The position numbers were made by a program, and so were the translations under genes. This document shows, one piece after another, positions 9,536 to 21,409 of a stretch of DNA of 64,000 bases. The stretch is from Malacoraja senta (Eukaryota), in NCBI GenBank assembly GCA_038087875.1, contig JAXLNO010000230.1, positions 248,001 to 312,000 of the forward strand, read 5' to 3'. The notes beneath the pieces were generated by a model, which ran no database searches, was not told the DNA's origin, and saw only the letters and a list, made by a program, of their open reading frames with translations. Position 1 is the stretch's first letter, and every line of letters starts with the position of its first letter.

Positions 9536-11313
9536 CAGTGCCCTCCATAATGTTTGGGACAAAGACCCATCATTTATTTATTTGCCTCTGTACCCCACAA
9601 TTTGAGATTTGTAATAGAAAAAATCACATGTGGTTAAAGTGCACATTGTCAGATTTTAATAAAGGCCATTTTTATACATTTTGGTTTCACCATGTAGAAA
9701 TTACAGCAGTGTTTATACATAGTCCCCCCATTTCAGGACACCATAATGTTTGGGACACAGCAATGTCATGTAAATGTTGCTGAGCTCGAGACAGCACCCT
9801 CACTCAGCTGCAGCAGCAATGACATTATTATGTTAGAGGACCAAACTGTATTTCGAACCTATTATCTCACTGAATAAAGCAACTGTTTATTCACCACGTT
9901 TGGTGCCGCTACATTAGTCATGTTTAGTATTTTGTTGCATATCCATTGCATGCAATGACTGCTTGAAGTCTGCGATTCATGGACATCACCAGTTGCTGGG
10001 TGTCTTCTCTGCTCTGCCAGGCATGTATTGCAGCCATTTTTAGCAATCTTGTTTTGGGAGCTACTCCCCTTCGAGTTTTCTCTTCAGCATATAAAAGGCA
10101 TGCTCAATTGGATTCAGATCAGGTGATTGACTTGGCCACTCAAGAATTGACCATTTTTTTTATTTGAAAAACTCCTTTGTTGCTTTTGCAGTATGTTTGA
10201 GATCATTGTCTTGCTGTAGAATGAACCGCCGGCCAATGAGTTTTGAGGCATTTGTTAGAACTTGAGCAGACAGGATGTGTCTATACACTTCAGAAATCAT
10301 TATGCTACTACCATCAGCAGTTGTATCATCAATGAAGATAAGTGAGCCAGTACCTTCAGCAGCCATACATGCCCAGGCCATAACACCCCCACCACCGTGT
10401 TTCACAGATGAGGTGATATCCTTCGGATCTTGGGCAGTTCCTTCTCTACTCCATACTTTGCTCTTGCCATGACTCTGATATAAGTTAATCTTCGTTTCAT
10501 CTGTCCAGAAGACCTTTTTTCCAGAACTGTGGTTGTTCTTTTAAGTACTTCTTGGCAAACTGTAACCTGGCCATCCTATTTTTGCGGCTAACAAGTGGTT
10601 TGCATCGTGCAATGTAGCCTCTGTATTTCTGTTCATGAAGTCTTCTGCGGACAGTGGTAATTGGCAAATCCACACCTGACTCCTGAAGAGTGTTTCTGAT
10701 CTGTCAGACAGGTGTTTCGGGATTTTTCTTTATTATAAAGCAAATTCATCTCATCAGCTGTGGAGGTCTTCCTTGACCTGCCAGTCCCTTTGCAATTAGT
10801 AAGCTCGCTTGTGCTCTCTTTTTTCTTAATGATGTTCCAAACAGTTGATTTTGGTAAGCCTAAGGTTTGGCTGATGTCTCTAACAGTTTTATTCTTGTTT
10901 CTCAGTCTCATAATGGCTTCTTTAACTATCATTGGCACAACTTTGGTTTTCCTGTTGATAAACAGCAATAAAAGTTTGCAAAGATGATGGAAAGACTGGA
11001 GAAAAGACTGGGTGCTGAGAGCTCTCTTATACCTGCATTAAGGAGGCAATAAAACACACCTGAGCAATTACAAACACCTATGAATCCAAGTGTCCCAAAC
11101 ATTATGGTGCCCTGAAATGGGGGGACTATGTATAAACACAGCTGTAGTTTCTCCATGTGAAACCAAAATGTATAAAAATGGCTTTTAATAAAATCTGATA
11201 ATGTGCACTTTAACCACATGTGATTTTTTTTCTATTACAAATCTTAAATTGTGGAGTACAGAGGCAAATAAATAAATGATGGGTCTGTGTCCCAAACATT
11301 ATGGAGGGCACTG
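9536..11313 (-). mobile_element. Tc1 transposon family A, both ends present, transposase decayed
   Basis: TA|cagtgccctccataatg ... cattatggagggcactg|TA. ~220-bp IR/DR-type TIRs. Fragments KHGGGGVMAWACM, FILQQDNDLKH and an HTH N-terminus. Confidence 0.95.
9775..9913 (+). mobile_element. Small solo-LTR-like insertion in Tc1
   Basis: 139 bp absent from the sister Tc1 copy (compare 34555-34590). Begins TGTTGC, ends GCTACA, has internal AATAAA. No clean TSD. Confidence 0.5.
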
Positions 11314-11468
11314 TATTATTCTTCACTTAAGAATGTTTTAGACCTGATTCTGACATATGTGGCTCAGTACTAAACATTTTTCTCCTTAATAATCACAGCA
11401 TATACAGCATCTTTTGGGTGAGAAAATTCAACATGATTAACTGTCAGGTATATTTGTTTCTTGTATAG

Positions 11469-11682
11469 CCTGATCAACCCATGGAAAGAAGATCTCAAAT
11501 CAACTCTGATTCAGCTGATGTACAACCATCCAAGCAACATAACACTAAACCCCTTATTCCAGAAATGTGTTTTGCGTACAGTGAAGAAAGTAATGAATTT
11601 TACCCTACAAATTCATTTATTAATGAGGATGGAACGAGTTTGCTGATATCCTGTGCAAAGTGTAATCTACAAGTTCATGCAA
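11469..11682 (+). CDS. KDM4C: KDM4C-like lysine demethylase, coding exon (PHD1 region), 214 nt, phase 0 to phase 1
   Basis: Acceptor tttcttgtatag|CCT and donor GCAA|gtaggt. Translates PDQPMERR...[46 protein letters not shown], matching the KDM4-family PHD1 segment ([10 protein letters not shown]...[17 protein letters not shown]) as I recall it. KDM4C over KDM4A/B is assigned from memory. Confidence 0.93.
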
Positions 11683-11769
11683 GTAGGTGTTATTTTACTG
11701 ATGCTGCTCTCTTGTATGGCCATTTTTGTGCTTTGAATAATGGTTATGACTCTTGACTTTAACCTGTAG

Positions 11770-11846
11770 GTTGTTATGGTGTTCCGCTTCATGAGATTCA
11801 TGATGGCTGGACTTGTTCTCGTTGTATAATTGGCGCATGGACTGCT
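11770..11846 (+). CDS. KDM4C: KDM4C-like coding exon, 77 nt (end of PHD1)
   Basis: Acceptor aacctgtag|GT and donor GCT|gtaagt. Continues the frame as (S)[25 protein letters not shown]. The preceding intron is 87 nt. Confidence 0.93.
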
Positions 11847-14800
11847 GTAAGTACTTATATTTATGCATTTCATTAATTCACTGTTCAACTGAAGATGGCA
11901 TATGCTAATGGTTTCCTTAAAAGGCTAAATGATTTTGATTATTGATAAGCTCCACTTGTATTAAAGATGTATTAAAGATAGATTTGTTTTGACTCTTTAC
12001 GTACGTTTGTATTAAAGTAATCTTAACAACAGCAGTACATCAATTCATAGGCTCTGCTTTTATCAAACTGGGCTTTTGACTTTTAATCATAAATTAGCAA
12101 ATTTAAAATTGAATTTCATCAATGTAAAGAGAGAATTGGCCTGAAAAACAGAATAAGAGGTACAAATGGACCTTAATCCTTTGGGATGTGCAGTTGTAGA
12201 ACATAACTGTCAATAGTTTTACCATGTTTTTATGGTTTATACACACAGTTTTTACCATGTTCCTTGGATAATTGCTGGTGGTTACTTCCTTGGGATGGGA
12301 AAAGTACCAATAAGAACTTTTTGGTCAAAGTAACTGTCCGTTCCTAAATGTCTACTTTTTTTTCCTAATTTTTATGTTTCCTTTGAATTCAATTGTTAGT
12401 TAAATGTGATTCAAGGAAAAGTTATTAACACCTACCAGATAAGGTTTTCATATTCTATAAATGGAAGCAAATTCCAAATACCAGCTCCGTCTTTCCTTTT
12501 TGGCGAAATGGTGAATATATCTGTTGATTAAAGAGCTAGTACTATTCATGCATTAAATGAGAAATGTTTCTTCACAATTCTGGAAAGTACTGGTGTTATC
12601 CAGGAATGTTTTATATAGAGTTTCGGAGAGAGAGGAGAAGCATGTGACATATTGACATCAACACATTGGCATCAATATTGGAGACATGTTAAAGCGATAA
12701 TGTCTTTGCGATTCTGCCTATTAGTGATTTGAGCTTACTCTTTGTGGTAGCTGAAGGAGGCTTCCATTCAAGGAAGTAAAAGCTTAAAGGTAGGTAACCA
12801 AACACTTCCCCTCCATTCTTCCCAAGTAAAATTAATTGGTTCAGTCATTATTCATAACAGTTAAAGTCTGCTTGACCAGCCATTTTTGCTCTATCTACCG
12901 CTGAACAGAGAAATAATTGCTCAACAATTAAGTTACATATCTCAGTGTCACCTGAAATCAAGGCATCTTCTGCATGAAAGAGATAACATAAGAAATTGGA
13001 ATGTTCAGAAATAGAAATTCATCATCAAGCACATTGATTAAATGTGCAATTTAGAATGTATGCACATATGTCTCTGCTTCCAAAGTTTGGTTTTGTTGAT
13101 GTCAGTGGACTTAAATTTTGGACATACAATGTGCACACGTAATTATTATTTTGTGCATGCAGCTGAGGGCAAATATCTGTTCCTGTTTAGGTTAGCAAGA
13201 GCAGGTTTCTTATTTTTAGTTTTCCCACAGAATATAAATGTTTACCATGGTTCATGAAGCATGATTACTTTTGAAAATCTGGTGCATCTATGTTTGACGT
13301 AGCATAAACCACATCACTGTATTTAGTTTAGATTTAGTACTTGACATGTTCTTTTAGTTCTATTAGATTACCATTTAATATGAAATATTAGAATGTTCTT
13401 CAAAAATCCAAAATAATAGTTTCTTAATATAAATTATTTGTCAGATCAGTTAAGTCTTTATGGATGTTTTTTTTGGGGCTTTTAGTGCAAAGGTGCCAGT
13501 CATTTCTATTGGTATAATAAAGAATACTCCAGCAACGAATATTTTAATGAAAATTCTGAATCTAACAGTTAGGATTTCATGGAGGATCAACTAGCATACT
13601 TACAGTGCATTCAGAAAGTATTCAGACCCCTTCACTTTTTTCCACATTTTGTTATGTTACAGCCTTATTCTAAAATGGATTAAATTCATTTTTTAAATCA
13701 TTACACTCAATGCCCCATAATAAAAAAGTGAAAATAGGTGTTTAGAAATTTTTGCAAAGTAATGAAAAAGAAATAATTGAAATATCACATTTACATAAGT
13801 AATCAGACCCTTTACTCAGTACTTTGTTGAGGCACCTTTGGCAGCGATTATAGCCTCAAGTCTTCTTGGGTAGGACGCTACAAGCTTGGCATATTTGGGT
13901 AATTTCTCCCATTCTTTGGGAGATCCTCTCAAGCTCTGTCAGGTTGTATGGGGAGCGTCGATGCACAGCTATTTTCAGGTCCCTCCAGAGATGTTTGATC
14001 GGGTTCATGTCCGGGCTCATGTCCTGTTGGAAGGTGAACCTCCGCCCCAGTCTGAGGTCTAGAACGCTCTGGAGCAGGTTTTCATCAAGGATGTCTCTGT
14101 ACTTTGCTCCGTTCATCTTTCCCTCGATCCTGACAAGTCTCCCAGTTCCTGCCGGTGATAAAAATCATCCCCACAGCATGATGCTGCCACCATCATGCTT
14201 CATCGTAGGTATGGTATTGGCCAGGTGATGAGCGCTGCCTGGTTTCCTCCAGATGTGACGTTTGGCATTCAGGCCAAAGGGTTCAATCTTGATTTCATCA
14301 GACCAGCGAATCTTGTTTCGCATGCCTTTTGGCAAACTCCAAGTGGGCTGTCATGTGCCTTTTACTGAGGAGTGGCTTCCGTCTGGCCACTCTATCATTA
14401 AGGCCTGATTATGCCCAATCAATTTAATAGTAAGATTAAACGAGAACTTACCAGTTTGAAGTTTGATCTTTATTTTATGAGGAGTTACGTTGAGGCATTA
14501 CGTGAAGAAGAGCCCGTCCAGCCGCACACGCGTCAATCTTCAAAGCAGTGGAGTGAAAATCACAGACGACAATTACTGAAGTATGATAGTAAGATGCATA
14601 AAGACTAGAACTACCAGCTGGATCCTTTTATGAGGGTGGGAGCGGAGGGCACGTAATCCCTCAACGTAACTCCTCATAAAATAAAGATCAAACTGGTAAG
14701 TTCTCGTTTAATCTTACTATTTTACTTCGGAGTCACGTGAGTGACTACGTGAAGATTTCAAAGCTCTGTGATTTCACACCGTGGATTAAATCCAGGTGCT

Positions 14801-14906
14801 CACTGCACTGATTGACTCTATTGAGTAAGCACAATCAACAATGCATAACCACAACATTAAATGTAATCAGTCAATGGTTTTATTTATCATAACAATAGTA
14901 ACCCAT

Positions 14907-15903
14907 TTAACATAATGGGGGATTTAATACTGAATCCAGCACGGCATCACCAAACACCCCGGGATCTTTAATCTCCTTATGGTAATACTTGTGAAACATC
15001 TGTTCACTTGCCCATCCTGCGACCGCGAGGATAAGGTCTATTGGAACGTCTGAATCCCTGGCCGCCGATGTTGATGCCGCCCTGGTGGAATGAGATTTAA
15101 ATTTATCAGTATCAATACCTGAGAAAATCAACACTTGTTTCAACCATCTTGAAATTGTCTGTGTTGACACTTTCTTATGAGGACTTTTATGACTAATAAA
15201 AAATGCTAATTCTGTGCCTCTTAAGATTCTGGTTGTTTCCATGTAACATCTTATATATGTTACTACACATATCCGTGGATCCGTAGGATATGCTGAAAAC
15301 CCCAACTTACATCCCGTGAACCCAGGTCTACTTTATTTCAGTAATTCATAGAAATAGAATGTAATGGCATCTGCCCCTACTTTCATTCTGTCTATTCTTA
15401 ATTTCTGTAATGTTTGAACTCTCTGAGGTGAGACTAACGCCATGAGCATAACCAACTTCATGGTAATTTTGGCCAATGACAGTTTCAATACGATTCCATT
15501 CACGCAGCAGCATCAGTACCTCTTTTACATTCCAGATTTCCGTATACCTAGGTCTAGGAGGATTGGTGTTGAAAATTCCCTTCATAAACCTACAGACCCA
15601 AGGATGTGATCCTATTGGATTTTGTACTGATTCACTGCTTAAATATGCAGAGAGTGCACTTCGTGCAGTATTGATTGCACTATAACTTAATTTTAATTCG
15701 AAGTAAAGAGTTGAAAGAAACTCTAATACATCTGAAATTTCTGCTGTGTTATATGCAATATTCTTTTCTGAACAGAACACCTCCCATTTCTTTATATAAG
15801 AAATGTACTGCTTCTGGGTCCTATTCCTCCAGGCTGCTGCTATAACATCCACCGTACGGTCTGATAATCCTCTTCCAAGATATGGCCTTTTCAGAACCTG
15901 CAA
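14907..15903 (-). pseudogene. DIRS tyrosine recombinase (frameshifted)
   Basis: N-terminal LSYSAINTARSALS..HPWVCRFMKG; catalytic HSTRAASTS..AGW....FHKYY. Confidence 0.92.
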
Positions 15904-17693
15904 ATCAACAAACCGATACGATCATGTAAAGGATGTGGTTCATCAGTTACAGGGTTTACAAGCAGTTTTACCTGCTTTGGAATAACCATAAGGGTTTTTT
16001 TGATCATGTTTAGCACCAGTGGGTACCATAGCTGTGTAGGCCAATCTGGCACCACCAAAATCCCCGAGGCTGAGTCCTGTTTAATTTTCTGTATGCATCG
16101 ATTGATTAAACAAAACAGAGGAAATGCATACAGAAACATATCACCCCAATGTAGCGAGAAAGCATCCACCGCTACTGCACCAGGATCAGGTTCCCATGAC
16201 ACATACTTATGCAATTGGTGGTTAAGTCTTGATGCAAACAAATCAATCTCTGGCATTCCAAATTGTGCTACAATTTGCTTAAATATTTCATGATGCAACA
16301 TCCATTCTGTATTATCATTAAATTTACGTGACCTTTTGTCTGCAATTATGTTAAATTTTCCTGGTAAATACATTGCTGATAGCCAGATTTTCCTGGCAAT
16401 ACACCAGGTCCAAATTTTATTTGCCAATCTATCACATGATTCTGACTTGATACCACCCATGTGATTTATATATGCTACAGCTGTAGTATTGTCAACTTGT
16501 ACCTGAACATGCACATTTCCCATATTAGTGCAATAAGCTTTAAGCCCATAAAATGCTCCTAACAGCTCTAGGTAATTTATACCTTGATTTTCAAGCAAAG
16601 GTACTTCATCCACATTCCACCTACCTCCAAAGCTGGAAGCAATGTTAGTTGCGCCCCATCCTAGAGTACTTACATCAGTCTGTAGAATAACGGAAGGTGT
16701 TTCTACCAAAACTTTTCTGGAAGCATTAGAGACATTGTAAATCCACCATTCTATTTCTGTAATGGGTTCAATTGTCAATTGCATGGGCCTGTCAAAATGC
16801 CCTGCATTCATCTTTAATGCTTGTACCTTAGCCCTCTGCAAATGCTGATAATGCAATGGTCCAAATCTTACAGCTGGAAAAGCAGCAATTAATTTGCCCA
16901 GCAAGCTGGCCACTTGTCTAATTGAAGGCTTATCCTCATTTATGAGCTTAGTGCAACCTTCAATTAACTGCAGCCTTTTGTCTTTTGGCAAGGTGATTAC
17001 CATGTGTTCTGAGTTAATTGTGAACCCTAGGTAGTCAATCTTATTCCTTGGTAATAATTTCGATTTTTGTGGGTGAATAATGAAGCCCATTTTTTCAAAA
17101 ATGCACTTGACTCTTGATACTGATAACTTTGCTGTAGCCAAAGTGTCCCCCACAATCAGAATATCATCCAAATAAGCCATTAATACATGGCCCTCAGCTC
17201 TTAGCAGAGCTAAAATTGGGTTGAGTAATTTTGTGAATAACCTTGGTGCTGAAGTCAGTCCATTGGGCAATGCTTTAAATTGCCATAACTGACTCATCTA
17301 TCTAAATTTTAAATATCTTTGATCATTACCATGCATTGCCACAGAATAATATGCATCTTGCAGATCTATGCTTGCCATGTAGCAATTTCTTGTGACCAGC
17401 TGAATGGCATTAGTAAATGTTTCCATTTTGAAATGTTTATATTATACAAAAAGGTTAAGACTTGTCAGATCCAGAATAATTCTACATCCACCATCCTTTT
17501 TTGTTCTAGGAAAAATACTTGACACAAACTGATGGTGTTGTTCTACTGACTTTTCTATTACCCCTTTGTCGCATAAAATTTCCAATTCTCCCTCGATCTG
17601 CGTATTCTCTTCCTTTGAGAAAATACGTGACCGGTTTGAAATATGCTGAGTAGGAGGATCCAAATGTAGATGGAACTCAATTTTAAATCCCAC
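15891..17693 (-). pseudogene. DIRS pol: reverse transcriptase, RNase H, methyltransferase-like domain
   Basis: KKDGGCRIILDL, ALPNGLTSAPRLFTK, YLDD; RNase H LQTD..INYLELL..VDNTTAV..ADKRSR; MT-like DLFASRLN..VDAF..YAFPLF..VVPDWP. Broken upstream of 17297. Confidence 0.92.
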
Positions 17694-17715
17694 AATGCTG
17701 CACAGTATAAACGAA

Positions 17716-19189
17716 TCATTTGTTATTAATTGCCATTCTTTTAGGAAGAATCATAATCTTCCCCCTACTTGTGAGTGTAAAGCATTTGTTGTGTTTCTTA
17801 CCAGACCAGACCCCCCTACCTCGGGGTTTGCCATCGGCAAATGTTGTCCCCTTCCAGTAGGCACATTGTAACCTCCACGCATCCCCGGTGCAGCACGCCA
17901 ACGAGTATGAGAACGATCGGCTTGTTCCTTCTCCAGCACCAGCATTCCGTCTGTAGGGATACTGCCTTCGCACCGCTCTGCTCAGCACAGGTGGTTTCAT
18001 CATCATACCACTCATGGTTTTTGACTCTTCATTTAGGTCTTTTAGCTTCTTTGCTAGATTTTCTCCAAAAAGCAGATTAGGCATTTGTATATTGGATGGT
18101 TTACAGAGCCCTGCATACTTAGGATGAATATTCGATCTTATTGCACTTTTACGAATACAGTTAATTTCAAAGTGCCCACTACACATGAGTGCTAAGGCAT
18201 CTTGTTGTGAATCAGATATGAAATCTTCATCCAACCCCCTGGCGAACGCCGTAATGCCTGACCCCAGCAATCTCAGCACTCGTTGTAATTTCAATTCTTG
18301 TGAGCGTAATCCAATGCGCAAATAGCCCCATATCAAGTTATTCATAGAAACATAGAAAATAGGTGCAGGAATAGGCCATTCGGCCCTTCGAGCCTGCAGC
18401 GCCATTCAATATGATCATGGCTGATAAGAGAGCAGATAATTCACCGCTAGGACTGCTAGCAATTCACAATTTGCCGGGGTTTCATATTTTTTAACAGTCT
18501 CATCCATAGTTAATTCCGGGAGCTGATGGGAGAGCAGATAATTTATAGTCATTGCTATTTCCTCTCTCAAAGGTTCCCCTGTTACTCTGGGAACAGCAAA
18601 CTTTTGTGCCAGCCCTGGAACTTTGAGCTCTGATAATGGGCTCTGGTCCTCATACAAATCATCATCTGAGTCTAGATGTTCCTCTTCTTGATGGGAAATT
18701 TCTGGCTCAGGTAAGTCTAGCCCTGGCCCGTTGCAAAGTAAGGTCTCTGCCAGATTCCCCCTGCGCGGGCTCTCCTGTAGGCCCACGGATAGGCAGCCCT
18801 GTTTCAGGTGCTGCTGGCGCTGGCTCAATTCTAGGCCAACGCTTCATTTGTTTTTCTTTAGCCATTGTCGGTGCTGGCACATCTCTCACCCAACGTTTGT
18901 ACTGCCTTTGTTCAGGCATTTCTAGTACTGGCTCTCCGGTAGGCCAACACATATACTGCCTTTTTGCTGGCATTTCGGGCACTGGCTCTCCTGTAGGCCA
19001 ACCACTGTATTGTTTCTGCACAGGCATTCCTGATGGCTCTCCTGTAGGCCACCCTTGTGCCTGTCCCATCCAAGGCACCCCCTGTGCTATATCCTTCATA
19101 GGCCAACACGGACTGAAATCCTCCTGTGGGGGTTCTTTATAAATCATTTTCCCCATCAGAAGTTCCAAACTCGCGACCCTAGCAGCCAT
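17716..19189 (-). pseudogene. DIRS gag-like ORF1 remnants with WPTGEP peptide repeats
   Basis: Located upstream of pol. YETPANC..L..VN..IW and LCKPSNIQMPNLLFGE are shared with DIRS copy 2. Confidence 0.7.
18343..18425 (-). mobile_element. Very short CR1 3'-end insertion in DIRS gag
   Basis: Reverse complement of the CR1 tail at ~27762-27840 (atcagccatgatcatattgaatggcg...tttctatgtttctatg). Confidence 0.85.
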
Positions 19190-20439
19190 TATATTTTCTG
19201 ACTGAGGAGGGTATACCTCCGGGTCTGACTCATCGGAGTCTACTGATCAGGCCGACTTTTGTCCTGCTTTGCGCCCCGCTGCCAGCGGTATAACGGCACT
19301 TTCGACCGCAACGGGAGTTAATGGCCTCGCTGCCACTGACTCCTCTAACTGACACCCGCTACCCTCAGGATCTTGGGTTTTACCTTCCCCTACGCCCTTT
19401 CTCCATGATAAAACTTGCGTGGAGCTCCACCAACAATGCTGACGACAAAAAGCGCTCCTGGAAGTGAAAGTGAAAGCACTTACCTTCCGACTTTTTGCTT
19501 TATTCACCGCTTGGAGGAGCTCCTGCTTCTCCACACACGGTCATGAACGCTATGCGTCTGACGATATGACGCGTGTGCGGCTGGACGGGCTCTTCACGTA
19601 GTCACTTACGTGACTCCGAAGTAAAATTTACCATTGGTGGACTCCAATCAAGTTGTAGAAACATCTCAAGGATAATCAATGGAAACAGGATGAATCTAAG
19701 CTCAATTTTGAGTGTCATAGCAAAGGGTCTGAATACTTAAGTAAATGTGATATTTCAGTTATTTATTTTTAATTACTTATGCAAAAAATTCTAAACACCT
19801 GTTTTCGCTTCTTCATTCTGGGGTATTGTGTGTAGATTGATGATAAAAAAAATGAATTTAATCCATTTTAAAATAAGGCTGTAACATAACAAAATGTGGA
19901 AAAAGTGAAGGGTTCCAAATACTTTCTGAATGCACTGTATACAAAGTAATGAAACCTGTAAATACAGCTTATTATGAAAATAATGTATTATGTAATAATA
20001 CATGTTGCATCAGATGTCCTTTATTTACTGTGGTTTATGAGGTCAAATCGTTTTTTGATGCAAATTAAACTGGATGAAGTAACTATTCCACGATTGGCTG
20101 TATTTTCGACAACATTCTTTTTCAGACTTATCTACGATTTTTTATAGATATTAACTGAGCAGGGTGTGATTTCACTTTAGTTTTCAAGTGCAGTGTGATT
20201 CTACGATCAAAGACGAGATGATATGAACTGCTGTATAGCTTAGCAGCTTGTCAGATTCCACATAAATTTAAGGGGAGGTGGATAATTGGAGGCAAATTGG
20301 AACTACATCATTGGAACTACAGGCAAATTGGAGCAAAAATCTGCAAATCCCAAACAAAATAAGAAATGTTGGTGTAAGTGAGGAGAAAAATAGTTCAGGT
20401 CGAGGACCCCTCAACAGAACTGAAAGGGTGAGTGGAGTC

Positions 20440-21260
20440 AGAAGGAACCGCAAATGTTGCAATCTTGAATAAAACACAAAGTGTTGGAGTCACTCAACTG
20501 GTCAGGCAGTATTCGTGGAAGGAATGGATAGGTGATCTTTCAGATTGGGACCTTTCTTCAGATGATTATTATGCTGGAAAAGAGGTAGGGGTGGGGCAAA
20601 GTCTGGCAAATGATAGGTGGATGCACGAGAGGGGGGTTTGATTAACATGGGTATACAAAGGCTGGAGGTGAAAAGGAGACCAAAGGGTGTTGGATAAGGC
20701 GAGAAGAGGAGTGAAATGTAAAGTTAGAGTGAGGGATAAAGGTGGAAGGGGAAGAAAAGAAGGGTGGGATAGTGGGAGAAATGTATGTGCACTGGGGTGG
20801 GGCACAAGAAAGAGAGAGGAGGGAGCAGGGGTGCTGCAAAATTACAGAATTCAATGTGCATATCGCTGGATTATAACCTACCCAAGCAGAATACGAGGTG
20901 CTGTTCCTCTAGCTTGTGTGAGGTCTCTCTTGCATTGGAGCAGGTCCAGGACAGAAAATTTGGAATAGGAGGGGGAGTTAAAATGGTTAGCAACTGGGAG
21001 ATCCCACAGGATTTGGCAGACCGAGTGTTTGATGAAATGGTTGTCTGGTCTATGCTTGGTTGCGCCAATATAAAGGAGGTCATTTCCCGAGCAATGAATG
21101 AGGTTGATGAGGTTTGAAGAGGTGTTGAATGTCGAAAGGTGTTGGGATGAAAAGATGTGTATCATGGTGGAAACATGTCGAAGTCGGAAAATGATGTGTT
21201 AGATGTGGCGGCAGGTGGGGTGAGGACCAGGTGAGCTTGATCCTTATTCCATCTGGGGGG
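20440..21260 (-). mobile_element. Penelope-like element remnant (GIY-YIG + pLTR)
   Basis: TSSNLINLIHCSGNDLLYIGATKHR..LPVANHFNS, KLEEQHLVFCLG. Degenerate ctgaagaaaggtc..gaaa motif on the minus strand at ~20535-20561. Confidence 0.75.
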
Positions 21261-21409
21261 AGGGGGAGTGAGAACAGAGCAGTGTGTTTTTGGTTGTTGT
21301 GAGCGGGAGAGTGAAGAGAACAAAGGGAATGTCTGTGATACATTGTAGACAAAAAGTTAAACATGGCAGTTAGAAGACATGGGGAGGGGGGGAAGACAAA
21401 TTTAAACTG

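Larger units (their letters stand above)
14429..19627 (-). mobile_element. DIRS1-type tyrosine-recombinase retrotransposon, copy 1 (full length, decayed)
   Basis: Non-identical ITRs and an internal complementary region at 14650-14755 joining both termini. Gag-like, RT/RNaseH/MT and YR ORFs on the minus strand. Junctions aat|agtaag...gtaaaat|. Confidence 0.95.
13603..19937 (-). mobile_element. Tc1 transposon family B, internally deleted, split by DIRS insertion
   Basis: TA|cagtgcattcagaaagtatt ... actttctgaatgcactg|TA. Fragments MNGAKYRDILDENL..FTFQQD and SPDMNPIKHLWRDLK. Confidence 0.93.

Noticed and set aside
11683..11756. ORF 11481-11756 as a stand-alone 91-aa protein
   Set aside because: KDM4 similarity stops at the splice donor (11682); the rest is intron read-through.
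14907..17297. Tyrosine recombinase + RT + methyltransferase as a prophage, retron or bacterial defence system
   Set aside because: The ITR/ICR structure and gene order are those of DIRS retrotransposons, in a vertebrate intron.
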